A stretch of 64,000 nucleotides of DNA from Escherichia phage teqhal: sequence record MN895435.1; one strand, given 5' to 3'. A program made the position numbers and the translations under genes. The notes below the pieces were generated by a model. It saw only the letters and a program-made list of their open reading frames with translations. It was not told the origin of the DNA and did not search any database. Of the stretch, positions 17,259 through 27,801 are shown piece by piece. Numbering within the stretch: position 1 is the first letter of the stretch; every line of letters starts with the position of its first letter.

Positions 17259-20200
17259 TTACATAAGTTTAGATTCAAGTTCTTTTACACGAGAAGAAAG
17301 CGTTTTCACAGCTTCAACCAGAAGAGCAATCTGGGCTTGAGAAGAAACAGTGAGTATTTTATTACCCTTGCTGTCTTCTGTTTCACGGACGGCTTCTGGT
17401 AAAACGTCTTGTAACGTTTGAGCTACAATACCCGCTTCAGTTTCAATTGCCTCTCCACCGATGTATTCAGCTTTATCATAAATGACACCATTGAGTTTTT
17501 CAACTTTATCAAGTGCATTTTCGATAGGTTTGAAATTAGATTTTAAGCGAATATCAGAACGAATATAAACGTTTGGAGCATTTATATTTTTATATGAGTA
17601 CAAATCACCGTTTTGGAAACGGAATACTTGTACGCTGTTCGCATATATGTCTAATAATCCATCGCCATTTTGCTTAATACCAGTATCGCTATCACCAAAT
17701 GCTATACTATTTCCACCAAGTGCGTTATTGATATTAATACCAAATGAATTCATTTGGTTAACACCAGCTACAGTAGCATTATTTACTACAAAGCGGTTAG
17801 CTCCACCTGGAGCTTTTTCAAAGTAAGCAATATAGTTAGTTTCATCGGCAATTTCAATACGGTTACCACGAGAAGCATCGCCAGCATGAAATATTCTCAT
17901 ATTTCTTGGGTTAGCACCAGACTTATCAAAGTTAATAGAACCATTATCTTTGACATTTATGCTATTATAGAATAAAGCAGCACTGCGAACAGCTATGCCG
18001 TTATTCATTAATACTTCACCGGTTGTTAAGTTAATTGCGAAAGGACGCTTACTATTCCAATCACCGTTAACAGTTGCTTCGCCATCGGTGGCATTTTTAT
18101 CTGTAAACAGAATATAAAAACTACTGCCATCATTTCGTAGCATTGTAGCAACAGAACCAGTTTTATCGCTGTTGCTTCTAATACGAATACCAGTTTGGTT
18201 ATTAATAGCTATTTCAGAATCGGCTTCATAACGCTTAACTTTGCCGCGATCAACCAAGTTATTAAGAACATTAGCAACTTGCCCATCAACTGCTGTATCT
18301 GGAAGAGCATCCACAGGTGATTGGGTAGATGAGTTAATACCAATAACGCTAACAGTAGCATTTTCGGTACATGACCATTCACAAGTTAATTGATTGCAAT
18401 ATGTTCCGGCATAAACATAAATGTCATATGTATCTCCAGAGACGTTATTAACTGCAATATTTTTAAATGCAGCTGCAATTGTTCTTGTGTATAATACAGC
18501 ATTTAAGTCAGCAGGTCTTTCATTACTAGTACGTAAAACAATTTCAGCAATATTGCATTGTGTGAATAATCCACTATTAAATCCAGAACCACCGGCTATT
18601 TTAAAGAAGACCGTAGAAGTGGATTGTGGCATTGTTACTGTTGCAAACTTATACCATCCAGCAGTTGCTCCATAAGTAATAAATCCAGAATTAACTTTAC
18701 GATTTAGCGTGGTGTTTAAGTTAGCAAAGTTTCCTGAACCGCTAGTAATATTACCATCAGTTCCTAGTTGGGCATTTCCGACTTTAAGAGGTTTACTGAT
18801 TGACACGAAATTATCGCTTATAACAAGACCGTGTCCATAAGATTGACTATAAAGCGATAAATCACTTCCAGCGCCACCAAGACCAACATACCACGATCTA
18901 GTTCCAGCTTTAGAACCCTGCAAATAATTAGCAGAAGAAGATGAAGGAGAATCTAGAGTAAGCGCTGCATTACGTTCATTAATAGTTACTGGACATATCA
19001 TTTTAATAGTTTTAAGACTATTACTTACTTGTAATAATCCTGTACCAGATCCAGAATCTCCTAAATGAACATCATGCGACATTTTAACTGTGCCGGTGTT
19101 CAGTTCTATTATCAATGGTCTAAGATTACTTATACCGCCAGATTCTCCAGCATCTTTAGGAGTCGGGATAATATAAAGATTTCTTTCTGAGCGACGGAAA
19201 ATAGCACCATATTCGGCATTCCAAATTCTTAATGCATCAGCAGTTCCGCCGATTTTAACTTGTCCAGTAATAGAAGAACCACCTTGGACAAACAAACCAT
19301 TAGACATGGTAACATTACCGACTAAAGTGCTTAATCCATTAACTTTAAAACTTCCGTCAGTAATAATACTTCCTCTAGCATTAACAGCTCCAGCAAACTG
19401 GGTTACAACAGGACCAGTAGTTTCTGAGCCGCTTGGGGCTACACGCTGGGAATAAAAATAATAACCTTGTCCGTCAGCTACTTCAAAAACTGTTTCACGA
19501 TTACGATCGCCAGATGCGTTAAATGAATTACCCCACGCTTTAACAGTTACATAGCTTTTATTCTGACCAGCACGAGTACCGCCTTCCCACAAAATTTGCT
19601 TAGTGCCATCAATTGTAGTAGTTGGAGCGAATGTTAGCCCAGCAGTAGAATTATTAGCTGCTAAATATATGCCGTTATATATTGAAAGCTGCTTAACAGA
19701 TGTAATACCGCCATCAGCATAAAACATTACATTATTAGAGCCAGTTACCAATTTCAAAATACCTGGGTTAACTTCCATGCCTTCTTGAGTATTAATATTA
19801 GTTTTTCCTTTACCACGGAAATAGTGGTTCATTTTACCGCCAGAGTTATATCCAATGTGGGTTTGACCATCTCCAGCAGAGTTTTCATCAGCCTGTGTTT
19901 GAACCGATAAAAAAGCAGCGTTCGTTCCAGGCATAATCCATGTTCCGCCTTGGTCTTCTGAACGTCCAAATAATGCTTTACGAGTACTACGGAAACTGTC
20001 AGGAGTAATAGACGCGATAGAAAGACCATTAGCAACTAAATCATATACACCAGATCTTTTATATGATACACCAGTTGCGGCATCTCCAATGACTATATAG
20101 CATTCACCCATTGCTCCAGTGGAGCCGTAATTATTAATGTTTTCATCTGTTGTAATTGTACCAATTGCGAGTGAGCGTCGCAACACTAAAGACCCATCAT

Positions 20201-21041
20201 TGCGAAGGCCCATTTGTTTATTAACGGCTGTATTACCGGTCCACCAAGACAGTTCATCACTTTTTCCGGTTTGTGCAGAAGCTAATTCATGATAAATCGT
20301 ACCACCAGATTTTGCACGGAATTTACGAAGGTAATTAATTCCGTTTGTTTCACCAGTTCCAGGATAAACATATTGAACTAATGACTGCGAATCGTATTGT
20401 CCAAACGCTTTCGTATCAAATGAAATATTTTTAGTTACAACAGATGGACCAATCAAAGAACCTGTTCTTGTTTCAATATTACTCTGAGCGACTAAATACC
20501 CACCAGATACTAATAAATTACCAGAATCAACTTGAAAATTACCTGAGCGCGCAAATGTCCAATATTTAGATTGACCAGTTTCATCAATATAATGAATCTT
20601 CAACGAACCTTCAGAAACTAAAGTACCTAATGAAAAAGTTCCATCTTTAAAGCGCTGTTTAATTATAGGATTATATTCAGATGTGGAAGTAGCTGAGCTT
20701 AAATCTACAAAAATTGGAGCCTTTGCAGTGTGTTGACCGGACCAAGCCCCACTTCCAGTAGTACGATAATTAAACTCAATATATCCACCACTTGCTATAA
20801 TCTGCGGGCCAATTAAATTAAATTTTCCAGTCTGTGTATAATCACCAGTTTGAGTGATATTACCACTGATATTACCGCCAGCGGTAATGCTTAAGTCAAT
20901 GATATTTCCTGAATCGTCTTTAGTAAAAATTGTTCTATCTTTTAAGTTTATAGCCAATTCACCTTCGGCTAATACTGAAGCAGCAGGACGTTGACCTGCA
21001 GTTTTGCTTCTTTTAAATTGTATTTGTTTTAAAGTAGCCAT
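17259..21041 (-). CDS. 37: long tail fibre distal subunit gp37 with C-terminal chaperone-like domain
   Basis: 1260 aa; C-terminal about 120 aa (SDIRLKSNFKPIENALDKVEKLNGVIYD...) resembles the self-cleaving intramolecular chaperone domain; synteny 34-35-36-37-38-t. Confidence 0.9.
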   Translation of the reverse strand: MATLKQIQFKRSKTAGQRPAASVLAEGELAINLKDRTIFTKDDSGNIIDLSITAGGNISGNITQTGDYTQTGKFNLIGPQIIASGGYIEFNYRTTGSGAWSGQHTAKAPIFVDLSSATSTSEYNPIIKQRFKDGTFSLGTLVSEGSLKIHYIDETGQSKYWTFARSGNFQVDSGNLLVSGGYLVAQSNIETRTGSLIGPSVVTKNISFDTKAFGQYDSQSLVQYVYPGTGETNGINYLRKFRAKSGGTIYHELASAQTGKSDELSWWTGNTAVNKQMGLRNDGSLVLRRSLAIGTITTDENINNYGSTGAMGECYIVIGDAATGVSYKRSGVYDLVANGLSIASITPDSFRSTRKALFGRSEDQGGTWIMPGTNAAFLSVQTQADENSAGDGQTHIGYNSGGKMNHYFRGKGKTNINTQEGMEVNPGILKLVTGSNNVMFYADGGITSVKQLSIYNGIYLAANNSTAGLTFAPTTTIDGTKQILWEGGTRAGQNKSYVTVKAWGNSFNASGDRNRETVFEVADGQGYYFYSQRVAPSGSETTGPVVTQFAGAVNARGSIITDGSFKVNGLSTLVGNVTMSNGLFVQGGSSITGQVKIGGTADALRIWNAEYGAIFRRSERNLYIIPTPKDAGESGGISNLRPLIIELNTGTVKMSHDVHLGDSGSGTGLLQVSNSLKTIKMICPVTINERNAALTLDSPSSSSANYLQGSKAGTRSWYVGLGGAGSDLSLYSQSYGHGLVISDNFVSISKPLKVGNAQLGTDGNITSGSGNFANLNTTLNRKVNSGFITYGATAGWYKFATVTMPQSTSTVFFKIAGGSGFNSGLFTQCNIAEIVLRTSNERPADLNAVLYTRTIAAAFKNIAVNNVSGDTYDIYVYAGTYCNQLTCEWSCTENATVSVIGINSSTQSPVDALPDTAVDGQVANVLNNLVDRGKVKRYEADSEIAINNQTGIRIRSNSDKTGSVATMLRNDGSSFYILFTDKNATDGEATVNGDWNSKRPFAINLTTGEVLMNNGIAVRSAALFYNSINVKDNGSINFDKSGANPRNMRIFHAGDASRGNRIEIADETNYIAYFEKAPGGANRFVVNNATVAGVNQMNSFGININNALGGNSIAFGDSDTGIKQNGDGLLDIYANSVQVFRFQNGDLYSYKNINAPNVYIRSDIRLKSNFKPIENALDKVEKLNGVIYDKAEYIGGEAIETEAGIVAQTLQDVLPEAVRETEDSKGNKILTVSSQAQIALLVEAVKTLSSRVKELESKLM

Positions 21042-21049
21042 AAGTCCTC

Positions 21050-21715
21050 TTAATAATAGCCGAAATCTTGAACAGAATCCTTAATTACGATTTGATCAAA
21101 TCGCGGAACGTGAGAAGGTTGAGACGCAGGATTCTGTGAGAAAAAGTTTGGCGCGGTTAAATTACCTATCATAGTGTCGCCAGAACGCAACACTCTAGAG
21201 TTCGCATTTGCTGTAACAGTATTTATTGCTCCATCAACATAGTCCTTTCTAGTAAGGTCATTCGCTGCTATAGGAGCAGCTGCATCACTTCTTACTTGAC
21301 CTGCCGCAGACACAACACCTTTTGTGCTAATATCACCATTACGTGCATTAATTACAACAGTTCGGGCTGCTGAACCCTGCGATGATTTAAAACCAATACC
21401 ATTCCACGAAACAATATCAATATTTGCTACAGCAAAAGTAGCATTATCACCGTTACCTGGATAAATACCGCATGGGTTTGTGTTGTTTACAGCATACGGG
21501 ACTTGGACGCCGCCGTTAAATGTTACCTTTGATGCATAAGTACCACCATTAGCTTTAGAAACGAAATCGTTATCTGCAGCTTGTGGTTTGTTATATTCTG
21601 AATATATTTTAAATGATTTATAGAGTACATCGTCACCGGCCGGATTCAATGGAAAATTTCCTTGATGCCAAATGACAGAGCCTCCAGCTGTTGAACCTAC
21701 TTTTAAATCAGCCAT
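21050..21715 (-). CDS. 36: long tail fibre distal connector gp36
   Basis: 221 aa, the T4 gp36 length; synteny. Confidence 0.85.
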   Translation of the reverse strand: MADLKVGSTAGGSVIWHQGNFPLNPAGDDVLYKSFKIYSEYNKPQAADNDFVSKANGGTYASKVTFNGGVQVPYAVNNTNPCGIYPGNGDNATFAVANIDIVSWNGIGFKSSQGSAARTVVINARNGDISTKGVVSAAGQVRSDAAAPIAANDLTRKDYVDGAINTVTANANSRVLRSGDTMIGNLTAPNFFSQNPASQPSHVPRFDQIVIKDSVQDFGYY

Positions 21716-21738
21716 TGTATGCCCCTTTATTTTAATAG

Positions 21739-21746
21739 TATTTATA
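21739..21746 (-). promoter_or_regulatory. late promoter (TATAAATA) for gene 36
   Basis: + strand TATTTATA is TATAAATA on the - strand, about 25 bp upstream of the gene 36 start. Confidence 0.6.
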
Positions 21747-21749
21747 AAG

Positions 21750-21772
21750 AAAAAGGGAACCCGAAGGCTCCC
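21750..21772 (-). terminator. hairpin plus T-run after gene 35
   Basis: - strand gggagcc-ttcg-ggttccc followed by TTTTT. Confidence 0.5.
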
Positions 21773-21777
21773 TCAAT

Positions 21778-22893
21778 TTATACTTCTCTAAATTCTTGCC
21801 CAAACACTTTACCAGTTTTAGACGATGCTTGTGTAGGAAGTACCATTATATCCGGAGGTGAAGCAGATTCACAGATATAATTAACACGAATGCCGTTGAC
21901 GCCAAATTCAGCGGGTTTTGAAATTCCGCCATTTCTTGATACTTCAGAAAAGCTTAAATTTCGCATACCGCCTTGTCCCGCTTGAGCAGTTCTTTGTGCA
22001 TATATCGTAAATCCAACTGCATTTTCTGGAACAACTACATAATCTTCCTTTAATTCCCAAGACCCAGCTTGTCCAGTAAACTCAGCTTGTGTCGAGGAAA
22101 TATATCCGTTAGATGCATTATAAAAACGGATAGATATATTTGTTGTTCCAAGAGCAAGTAAATCGGCATCAGCATATAACTGGGCTTTAAGATAAAGAAC
22201 GTCACCAGGAATTAAATTATAATCAGAGAGTTTACTTATAGCAGCTGAAGTTGGTAGACGCGCAATTTCGTTATTAGTTCCACCAACCGCTGACATGAAT
22301 TGCTCAACACTTTCATACGTTCTTCTTGGAAACCCGGTAGCTCCGACATCTTCTAAACTGTCAAATACAACATCTAAAATAGTTTGATAATCATCTGTGC
22401 TTTTTCTATTACTTAATTTAACATGCTCTAATGCGATAGCTCTTTTAGAAGAAGTGTAAAAAGCAGCATATGATACATCAAATCTCGACAATATAGAGTC
22501 AGATGGAAAAGCAGACGTTCCGGCGGTTCTTAACCAAGATACTACTTCAGGAGGAAAATTAACCTTTCCGTTAGTTAATATAGCAACAATTCGATTATTC
22601 GTCAAAGAATTCATGAAATTAACAAAAGCAGCTGATGTAGTATCATTTGAAGTCGAAAAAGCATATGACTTACTATCAACTAATGCTCCTGTAGAAGGGT
22701 CAAAAACTCTTAAATGAAGGCCTGCGCTAAATGTTTGACTTCCGACAGGATTATCCTGAAATTTAACGTATGGTCCTGCTGTAGAAAGCGGGCAAGAACC
22801 CGCTATGCTTATTTTATATCTTACTGAATTGCTTTCCGATAAAAATGGCGTTTGGACATATCCTTGTCCAAACTCTGCCATAAATTTTTCCAT
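21778..22893 (-). CDS. 35: long tail fibre hinge protein gp35
   Basis: 371 aa (T4 gp35 is 372 aa); synteny. Confidence 0.85.
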   Translation of the reverse strand: MEKFMAEFGQGYVQTPFLSESNSVRYKISIAGSCPLSTAGPYVKFQDNPVGSQTFSAGLHLRVFDPSTGALVDSKSYAFSTSNDTTSAAFVNFMNSLTNNRIVAILTNGKVNFPPEVVSWLRTAGTSAFPSDSILSRFDVSYAAFYTSSKRAIALEHVKLSNRKSTDDYQTILDVVFDSLEDVGATGFPRRTYESVEQFMSAVGGTNNEIARLPTSAAISKLSDYNLIPGDVLYLKAQLYADADLLALGTTNISIRFYNASNGYISSTQAEFTGQAGSWELKEDYVVVPENAVGFTIYAQRTAQAGQGGMRNLSFSEVSRNGGISKPAEFGVNGIRVNYICESASPPDIMVLPTQASSKTGKVFGQEFREV

Positions 22894-22901
22894 AATACCT
22901 C

Positions 22902-25900
22902 TTATTCAACCCATTCAAATTTAACAGTTTTATTCACTGGGTCAGGAATAATGCGAACATTACCAATTCGTAAGAAATCACGAATAGTAAGATTCCCCAT
23001 TGTAGCATTATCAGATGGTAAAGCACCGATATCAGACGGCTGAGGAGGGTTACCTCCGTCAAATACCTGAACAAAACTTGACCAAGAGTTTTTGGTTTTC
23101 TGCCATGTACGTGTCCAGCGAGTGGTACGCGCTTCTGGTGTCGTTGGATAAGTAATCCAATCTTGGTAAAGCGAATCAAGTGTGTTACCAAACTGTGTCA
23201 GTGTACCAGGAGATTTAACTTCTTCGCCACGTTCTAAGTATGGAAGTCCAGTCACTTCATTAGTTTTTTCAACCATTTTAAAATAACCTGGGAACTGGTT
23301 ATAAGTGGCTGAATCGTTAATATCGATTGACCAGAATCCTACCGTATCAGATGTTGGCGCACGGGTATATAAATCAGATGTTTTAGTACCCTGAGAACGA
23401 ATTCTCGAGTTAACAGTTAAACCGCCTGAATTTATAGTAGCACCTTTGGCAATGATTAAGCTTTCACCAATTGTGACTTGACCGGATTGATTATTAATTG
23501 ATAATGGACGTAATCCATTAAATCCACCGGTCTGATCACCAGATGCAGTAAGCATAAAATATGTGCTGCCGCCATCATTCCTGATAAAGAATCCATAATC
23601 ACCGTTTATTGCTCTGAAAGCATTTGCAGACTTGCTAATGAATTCACCATTGGCTGTAACTGAACTACCAAATGTTGCTACGCCATTCGCATTCAATGAA
23701 CCGGAAGCGTTAACATTTATTGGCATCACAGTACCATTAATGCTAAACGTAATATTACCAGCTTTATTACGTTGAGAATAAAAGTGATTAGATGTTTCAT
23801 CACCAACTTCAAATACAGTAGAACGCGTTGTATCTGATCCGCCACTAAACTGATTTCCCCAAACTCTGATAGTCATCGTCTGTGCTGGGTTAGTTCCAGT
23901 TTGAGGTCCTTTCTCAAAAATCAGACGAGTTGCTGTTCCAGTATTAGAAATAGTTAATGTACTATTTGCCGAAACTGAACCACCAAACGTAGCAGTACTA
24001 GATGATACAAGAGGGGCACTCAGATTCGTTTGTTGGGTTAAGGTTAGTGAACCATTAACCGTCTGTGCAATATCCCTACGAATGAACTGAGATGAATCTA
24101 GACCATCCAATAAATTACTATCTGCAGCTTTTGCTTTTAACGGTAAATAATTTGCTAATACACGGTTTAATTCATATGGTGATATTGCATAGCTATTTTT
24201 CTCATACAGTTCTAAATCTTGGGTAGAACCGACTGTATCATTACCAACGAACGTAATTGAACCAGATGAAGTTTTAACAAAACCTCTTACCGCAGTAGTA
24301 GCTGCCCAGGTAGGTTCACTCTGCACAATCCATTTTAAATTTTTTGGAGATACAGCAGTATTTGCTGATGCTCCAGTCACAGTTTCAGACTGAGTTGCAA
24401 CTTTAATAACACCTTCCTGTGATTCGGTAGATTTAGTACTTAAAAGCTTTTTAGGAGTTATTAAAACATTATCTAATGTTCCTGTAGCAGCTTCAACTTG
24501 TGTAGCTACACGAAGTGTACCACGTTGCGTCTCATTTGCTTCAAGAATATTAAGGGTATAATGGTCCCAGAGAGTTCCTGATTCAACTAATCCAGATAGA
24601 GCAACAACAGAAGTACGATCAGTACTATTAAATCTGGTTTTAATTTTTAATGGTGTAGAGATACGAGTATCGTCGACGCCTGCGTCGAATTCAACTTGTG
24701 TAGCAATTTCAGCTATACCACTTAAACTTTCAGTTGCTCTACGGTCATTTAAAGTTTTAGGAGTGACTGCACGAGTATAATCAGTTCCTGTATTAACTTC
24801 ACTTTGCGTAGCAATTTCAATTAAACCAATTCTTCCATCAGTTGATGTCTTTTTATGTAACGTTTCTGGCGTTACAACAGCATTTGCCCATCCTTCTTGA
24901 CTCTGTCCAGCAATTACTTCACTTTCAACTGCTAAAATTACTGCACCTTGTTGCGTTGGAGTAGCTTTATACTGATCCAAAGCTTTAGGTGAAACAACTA
25001 AATTATTAGTGTTTTTATTATAAACGTTTGTACCATTTAATTCACGACTAGAAGCTGGAGTAGCGCCTGCGGTAGATACAAAAGTTACAATACCAGATAA
25101 TGATTCAGAACCTTGACGAGCTTGAAGCTTTTTAGGAGTGATGATTGTAGTATCATCGGTTCCTGCATTAGTTTCTTGCTGCGTAGCAATTTCAGCAACA
25201 CCTCTGCGAGTTTCTGTAGCAGTTCTTTCATTCAGCTTTTTAGGAGTAATGATAAGGTCATCTGCAAAAGAGAATGTGGTGTTCTGATTCACTTGAGCAG
25301 TAGTTGCTATTCTTGCAATACCTCTGCGAGTTTCTGTAGCAGTACGGTTAGCTAATGTTTCTGGAGTAATTGCTAATTCTTTTTGTGGAGAATTTTCTAA
25401 ATCGACATTAGCTTGAGCTTGTGTAGCTAAAGCAATTACGCCTAATCTTGCTCTAGTAGAATCATTCAAAGAGTCTACTCTTTCTACGGTTGGAACGTTT
25501 TGTTGTACAACCCAGTATTTTCCATCAGAATCTTCTATATAAGCAAGTTGTAAAACTGGAACATAATTAGTTTCACCGTTAAAAACTAATTCTTGAACAG
25601 TTACCCATTCAGCTTCAGGCGGATATTCTGAACGTTTTGGGAATTGCAGCAATTGAACTGAAGAAGCAATTTTATCTTCACCGGCAGCTTTGATTTTAAC
25701 TGTTTGTCCTTTTCTCATGTAATTCATGGAAATTTTAACAGTATCACCAACAGAAATATTAGTTGGAAGCTGAAGCTCAATTGTTTGAGTTGTTCCGTTA
25801 TTCGCACCAAATACCATAACTTCTTCGTTTGGACGAATATTAGAATTAGTCGTTATAATGCGTAAACGTGCTTTACTATCCCCGTCAAACAATCTCCACA

Positions 25901-26771
25901 ATTTCTCATTATCATCAAACATCAAGAAACCGTCAATCGATGTACGGCCTTCAATGGAATGAGTTCCAACTTCTTGTACTGAAGTCGTTTCATCGTATGT
26001 AGTAACAATTGTATGATAAAGTGGATTCAGTTTATCTAAATCAACGAAATTAATAATATCGCCATGATTAGCAAATCTTGGAAGTTTAACATTAATTGGT
26101 GCAGCAGAAGTAAATCTACGTACGATAAAATCATTTGATTGCGCTTGATAAGTATTCGCTGGTGTTACAACTACAGCTTCTCTACTATAATCAGCAACAT
26201 ACATTTGCCACAGACGATTACTAAAAATTAAAACTAGCTGTGACTTTGGATGAGTCATTAGTACTGAACGTACTTGTTGACCTCTGAAGTTTACAATACT
26301 TTGCACCGGAGCTACAATTAAAACTTGGTTAACTCCAGGTTTTCCTCCAATATCTTGGAGAACGATAGTATCACCATCAATTGGGGTAGATGGTAAAGTA
26401 AATGTAATATCATTACCAGCTGCGGTGTTAACCGAAATAGCTTCACCAGATTTTAATTGATATGAACCAGATGAAACCGTAATCCAGTTAGCATCGGTAC
26501 GTAATGCTCTCCAGCGTCCGCTATTAAAAGCTCCTGCCGGTTTTGGAATATCATTTATAGCAGCCCAAAAGCGGTTATCATAAATGATTACAAAATCTTT
26601 TAAATATCCACGAGTTGGATCGTATTGTTGAACTGTGTTTTCTTGAATTAAGTAATCAACGTTAACACCGTCAGTTCCTACGGTACGATCAGCTAAAGCT
26701 ACGTTGATTATTTTATCACCACCTGCGTCCAGACCGTCTTCTGCTCTGAACTTTCTTTTAATCTCGGCCAT
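22902..26771 (-). CDS. 34: long tail fibre proximal subunit gp34
   Basis: 1289 aa, the T4 gp34 length; internal repeated peptide units; synteny. Confidence 0.9.
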   Translation of the reverse strand: MAEIKRKFRAEDGLDAGGDKIINVALADRTVGTDGVNVDYLIQENTVQQYDPTRGYLKDFVIIYDNRFWAAINDIPKPAGAFNSGRWRALRTDANWITVSSGSYQLKSGEAISVNTAAGNDITFTLPSTPIDGDTIVLQDIGGKPGVNQVLIVAPVQSIVNFRGQQVRSVLMTHPKSQLVLIFSNRLWQMYVADYSREAVVVTPANTYQAQSNDFIVRRFTSAAPINVKLPRFANHGDIINFVDLDKLNPLYHTIVTTYDETTSVQEVGTHSIEGRTSIDGFLMFDDNEKLWRLFDGDSKARLRIITTNSNIRPNEEVMVFGANNGTTQTIELQLPTNISVGDTVKISMNYMRKGQTVKIKAAGEDKIASSVQLLQFPKRSEYPPEAEWVTVQELVFNGETNYVPVLQLAYIEDSDGKYWVVQQNVPTVERVDSLNDSTRARLGVIALATQAQANVDLENSPQKELAITPETLANRTATETRRGIARIATTAQVNQNTTFSFADDLIITPKKLNERTATETRRGVAEIATQQETNAGTDDTTIITPKKLQARQGSESLSGIVTFVSTAGATPASSRELNGTNVYNKNTNNLVVSPKALDQYKATPTQQGAVILAVESEVIAGQSQEGWANAVVTPETLHKKTSTDGRIGLIEIATQSEVNTGTDYTRAVTPKTLNDRRATESLSGIAEIATQVEFDAGVDDTRISTPLKIKTRFNSTDRTSVVALSGLVESGTLWDHYTLNILEANETQRGTLRVATQVEAATGTLDNVLITPKKLLSTKSTESQEGVIKVATQSETVTGASANTAVSPKNLKWIVQSEPTWAATTAVRGFVKTSSGSITFVGNDTVGSTQDLELYEKNSYAISPYELNRVLANYLPLKAKAADSNLLDGLDSSQFIRRDIAQTVNGSLTLTQQTNLSAPLVSSSTATFGGSVSANSTLTISNTGTATRLIFEKGPQTGTNPAQTMTIRVWGNQFSGGSDTTRSTVFEVGDETSNHFYSQRNKAGNITFSINGTVMPINVNASGSLNANGVATFGSSVTANGEFISKSANAFRAINGDYGFFIRNDGGSTYFMLTASGDQTGGFNGLRPLSINNQSGQVTIGESLIIAKGATINSGGLTVNSRIRSQGTKTSDLYTRAPTSDTVGFWSIDINDSATYNQFPGYFKMVEKTNEVTGLPYLERGEEVKSPGTLTQFGNTLDSLYQDWITYPTTPEARTTRWTRTWQKTKNSWSSFVQVFDGGNPPQPSDIGALPSDNATMGNLTIRDFLRIGNVRIIPDPVNKTVKFEWVE
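25201..25343 (-). repeat. in-frame tandem repeat within gene 34
   Basis: Exact 23 bp direct repeat cctctgcgagtttctgtagcagt at 25201 and 25321 (120 bp period), matching repeated peptide units of the TETRRG(I/V)A.IAT type. Confidence 0.6.
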
Positions 26772-26805
26772 TCTCCCGGGCTCCTATTGTGTTTTCAATA
26801 ATAAG

Positions 26806-26813
26806 TATTTATA
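26806..26813 (-). promoter_or_regulatory. late promoter (TATAAATA) for gene 34
   Basis: TATAAATA on the - strand about 35 bp upstream of the gene 34 start codon. Confidence 0.65.
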
Positions 26814-26875
26814 CTTGTTTACTTTAAGATTTGGATGGTATATAATAGAAATCTCACTAATTGAACGAGGTTCAT

Positions 26876-27793
26876 ATGGATTTAGAAATGATGCTGGATG
26901 AAGATTACAAAGAAGGAATTTGCTTTATTGACTTTAGTCAAATTGCGCTTTCAACTGCTTTAGTAAACTTCCCAGATAAAGAAAAAATTAATTTATCAAT
27001 GGTTCGTCATTTGATATTGAACTCAATTAAGTTTAATGTCAAAAAAGCAAAAACGCTTGGATACACTAAAATTGTACTGTGTATTGATAACGCGAAATCT
27101 GGATACTGGCGTCGTGATTTCGCTTATTATTATAAGAAAAACCGTGGAAAAGCACGAGAAGAATCGACTTGGGACTGGGAAGGTTATTTTGAATCCAGTC
27201 ATAAAGTTATAGATGAATTGAAAGCTTATATGCCATACATTGTTATGGATATTGATAAGTATGAAGCAGATGACCACATTGCTGTTCTTGTTAAAAAGTT
27301 CTCTTTAGAAGGACACAAGATTTTAATCATTTCATCGGATGGTGACTTTACACAGCTTCATAAATACCCAAATGTTAAGCAATGGTCACCGATGCATAAG
27401 AAATGGGTTAAAATTAAAAGCGGTTCTGCTGAAATTGACTGTATGACTAAAATCCTTAAAGGCGACAAAAAGGACAACGTTGCTTCAGTTAAAGTACGAT
27501 CTGACTTTTGGTTTACCAGAGTTGAAGGTGAACGAACTCCTTCAATGAAAACTTCAATCGTTGAAGCTATTGCTAATGACCGTGAGCAAGCTAAGGTGCT
27601 TCTTACAGAATCTGAATATAATCGTTATAAAGAAAATTTAGTTCTAATTGATTTTGATTATATTCCTGATAATATTGCTTCAAACATTGTGAATTACTAT
27701 AATTCATATAAATTACCACCGCGTGGCAAAATTTATTCATATTTTGTAAAAGCGGGTCTTTCTAAATTAACTAATAGCATTAATGAATTTTGA
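26876..27793 (+). CDS. rnh: RNase H (5'-3' exonuclease / flap endonuclease)
   Basis: 305 aa from the MDLEMML start; FEN-family acidic motifs; T4 position between 34 and dsbA. Confidence 0.85.
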   Translation: MDLEMMLDEDYKEGICFIDFSQIALSTALVNFPDKEKINLSMVRHLILNSIKFNVKKAKTLGYTKIVLCIDNAKSGYWRRDFAYYYKKNRGKAREESTWDWEGYFESSHKVIDELKAYMPYIVMDIDKYEADDHIAVLVKKFSLEGHKILIISSDGDFTQLHKYPNVKQWSPMHKKWVKIKSGSAEIDCMTKILKGDKKDNVASVKVRSDFWFTRVEGERTPSMKTSIVEAIANDREQAKVLLTESEYNRYKENLVLIDFDYIPDNIASNIVNYYNSYKLPPRGKIYSYFVKAGLSKLTNSINEF

Positions 27794-27801
27794 GGTGAAT
27801 A

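Noticed and set aside
17754-20035. Several 60-85 aa ORFs inside gene 37 (17754..17975 +, 18421..18675 +, 19829..20035 -)
   Set aside because: Embedded in a 1260 aa late structural gene with no RBS or promoter context; typical spurious ORFs
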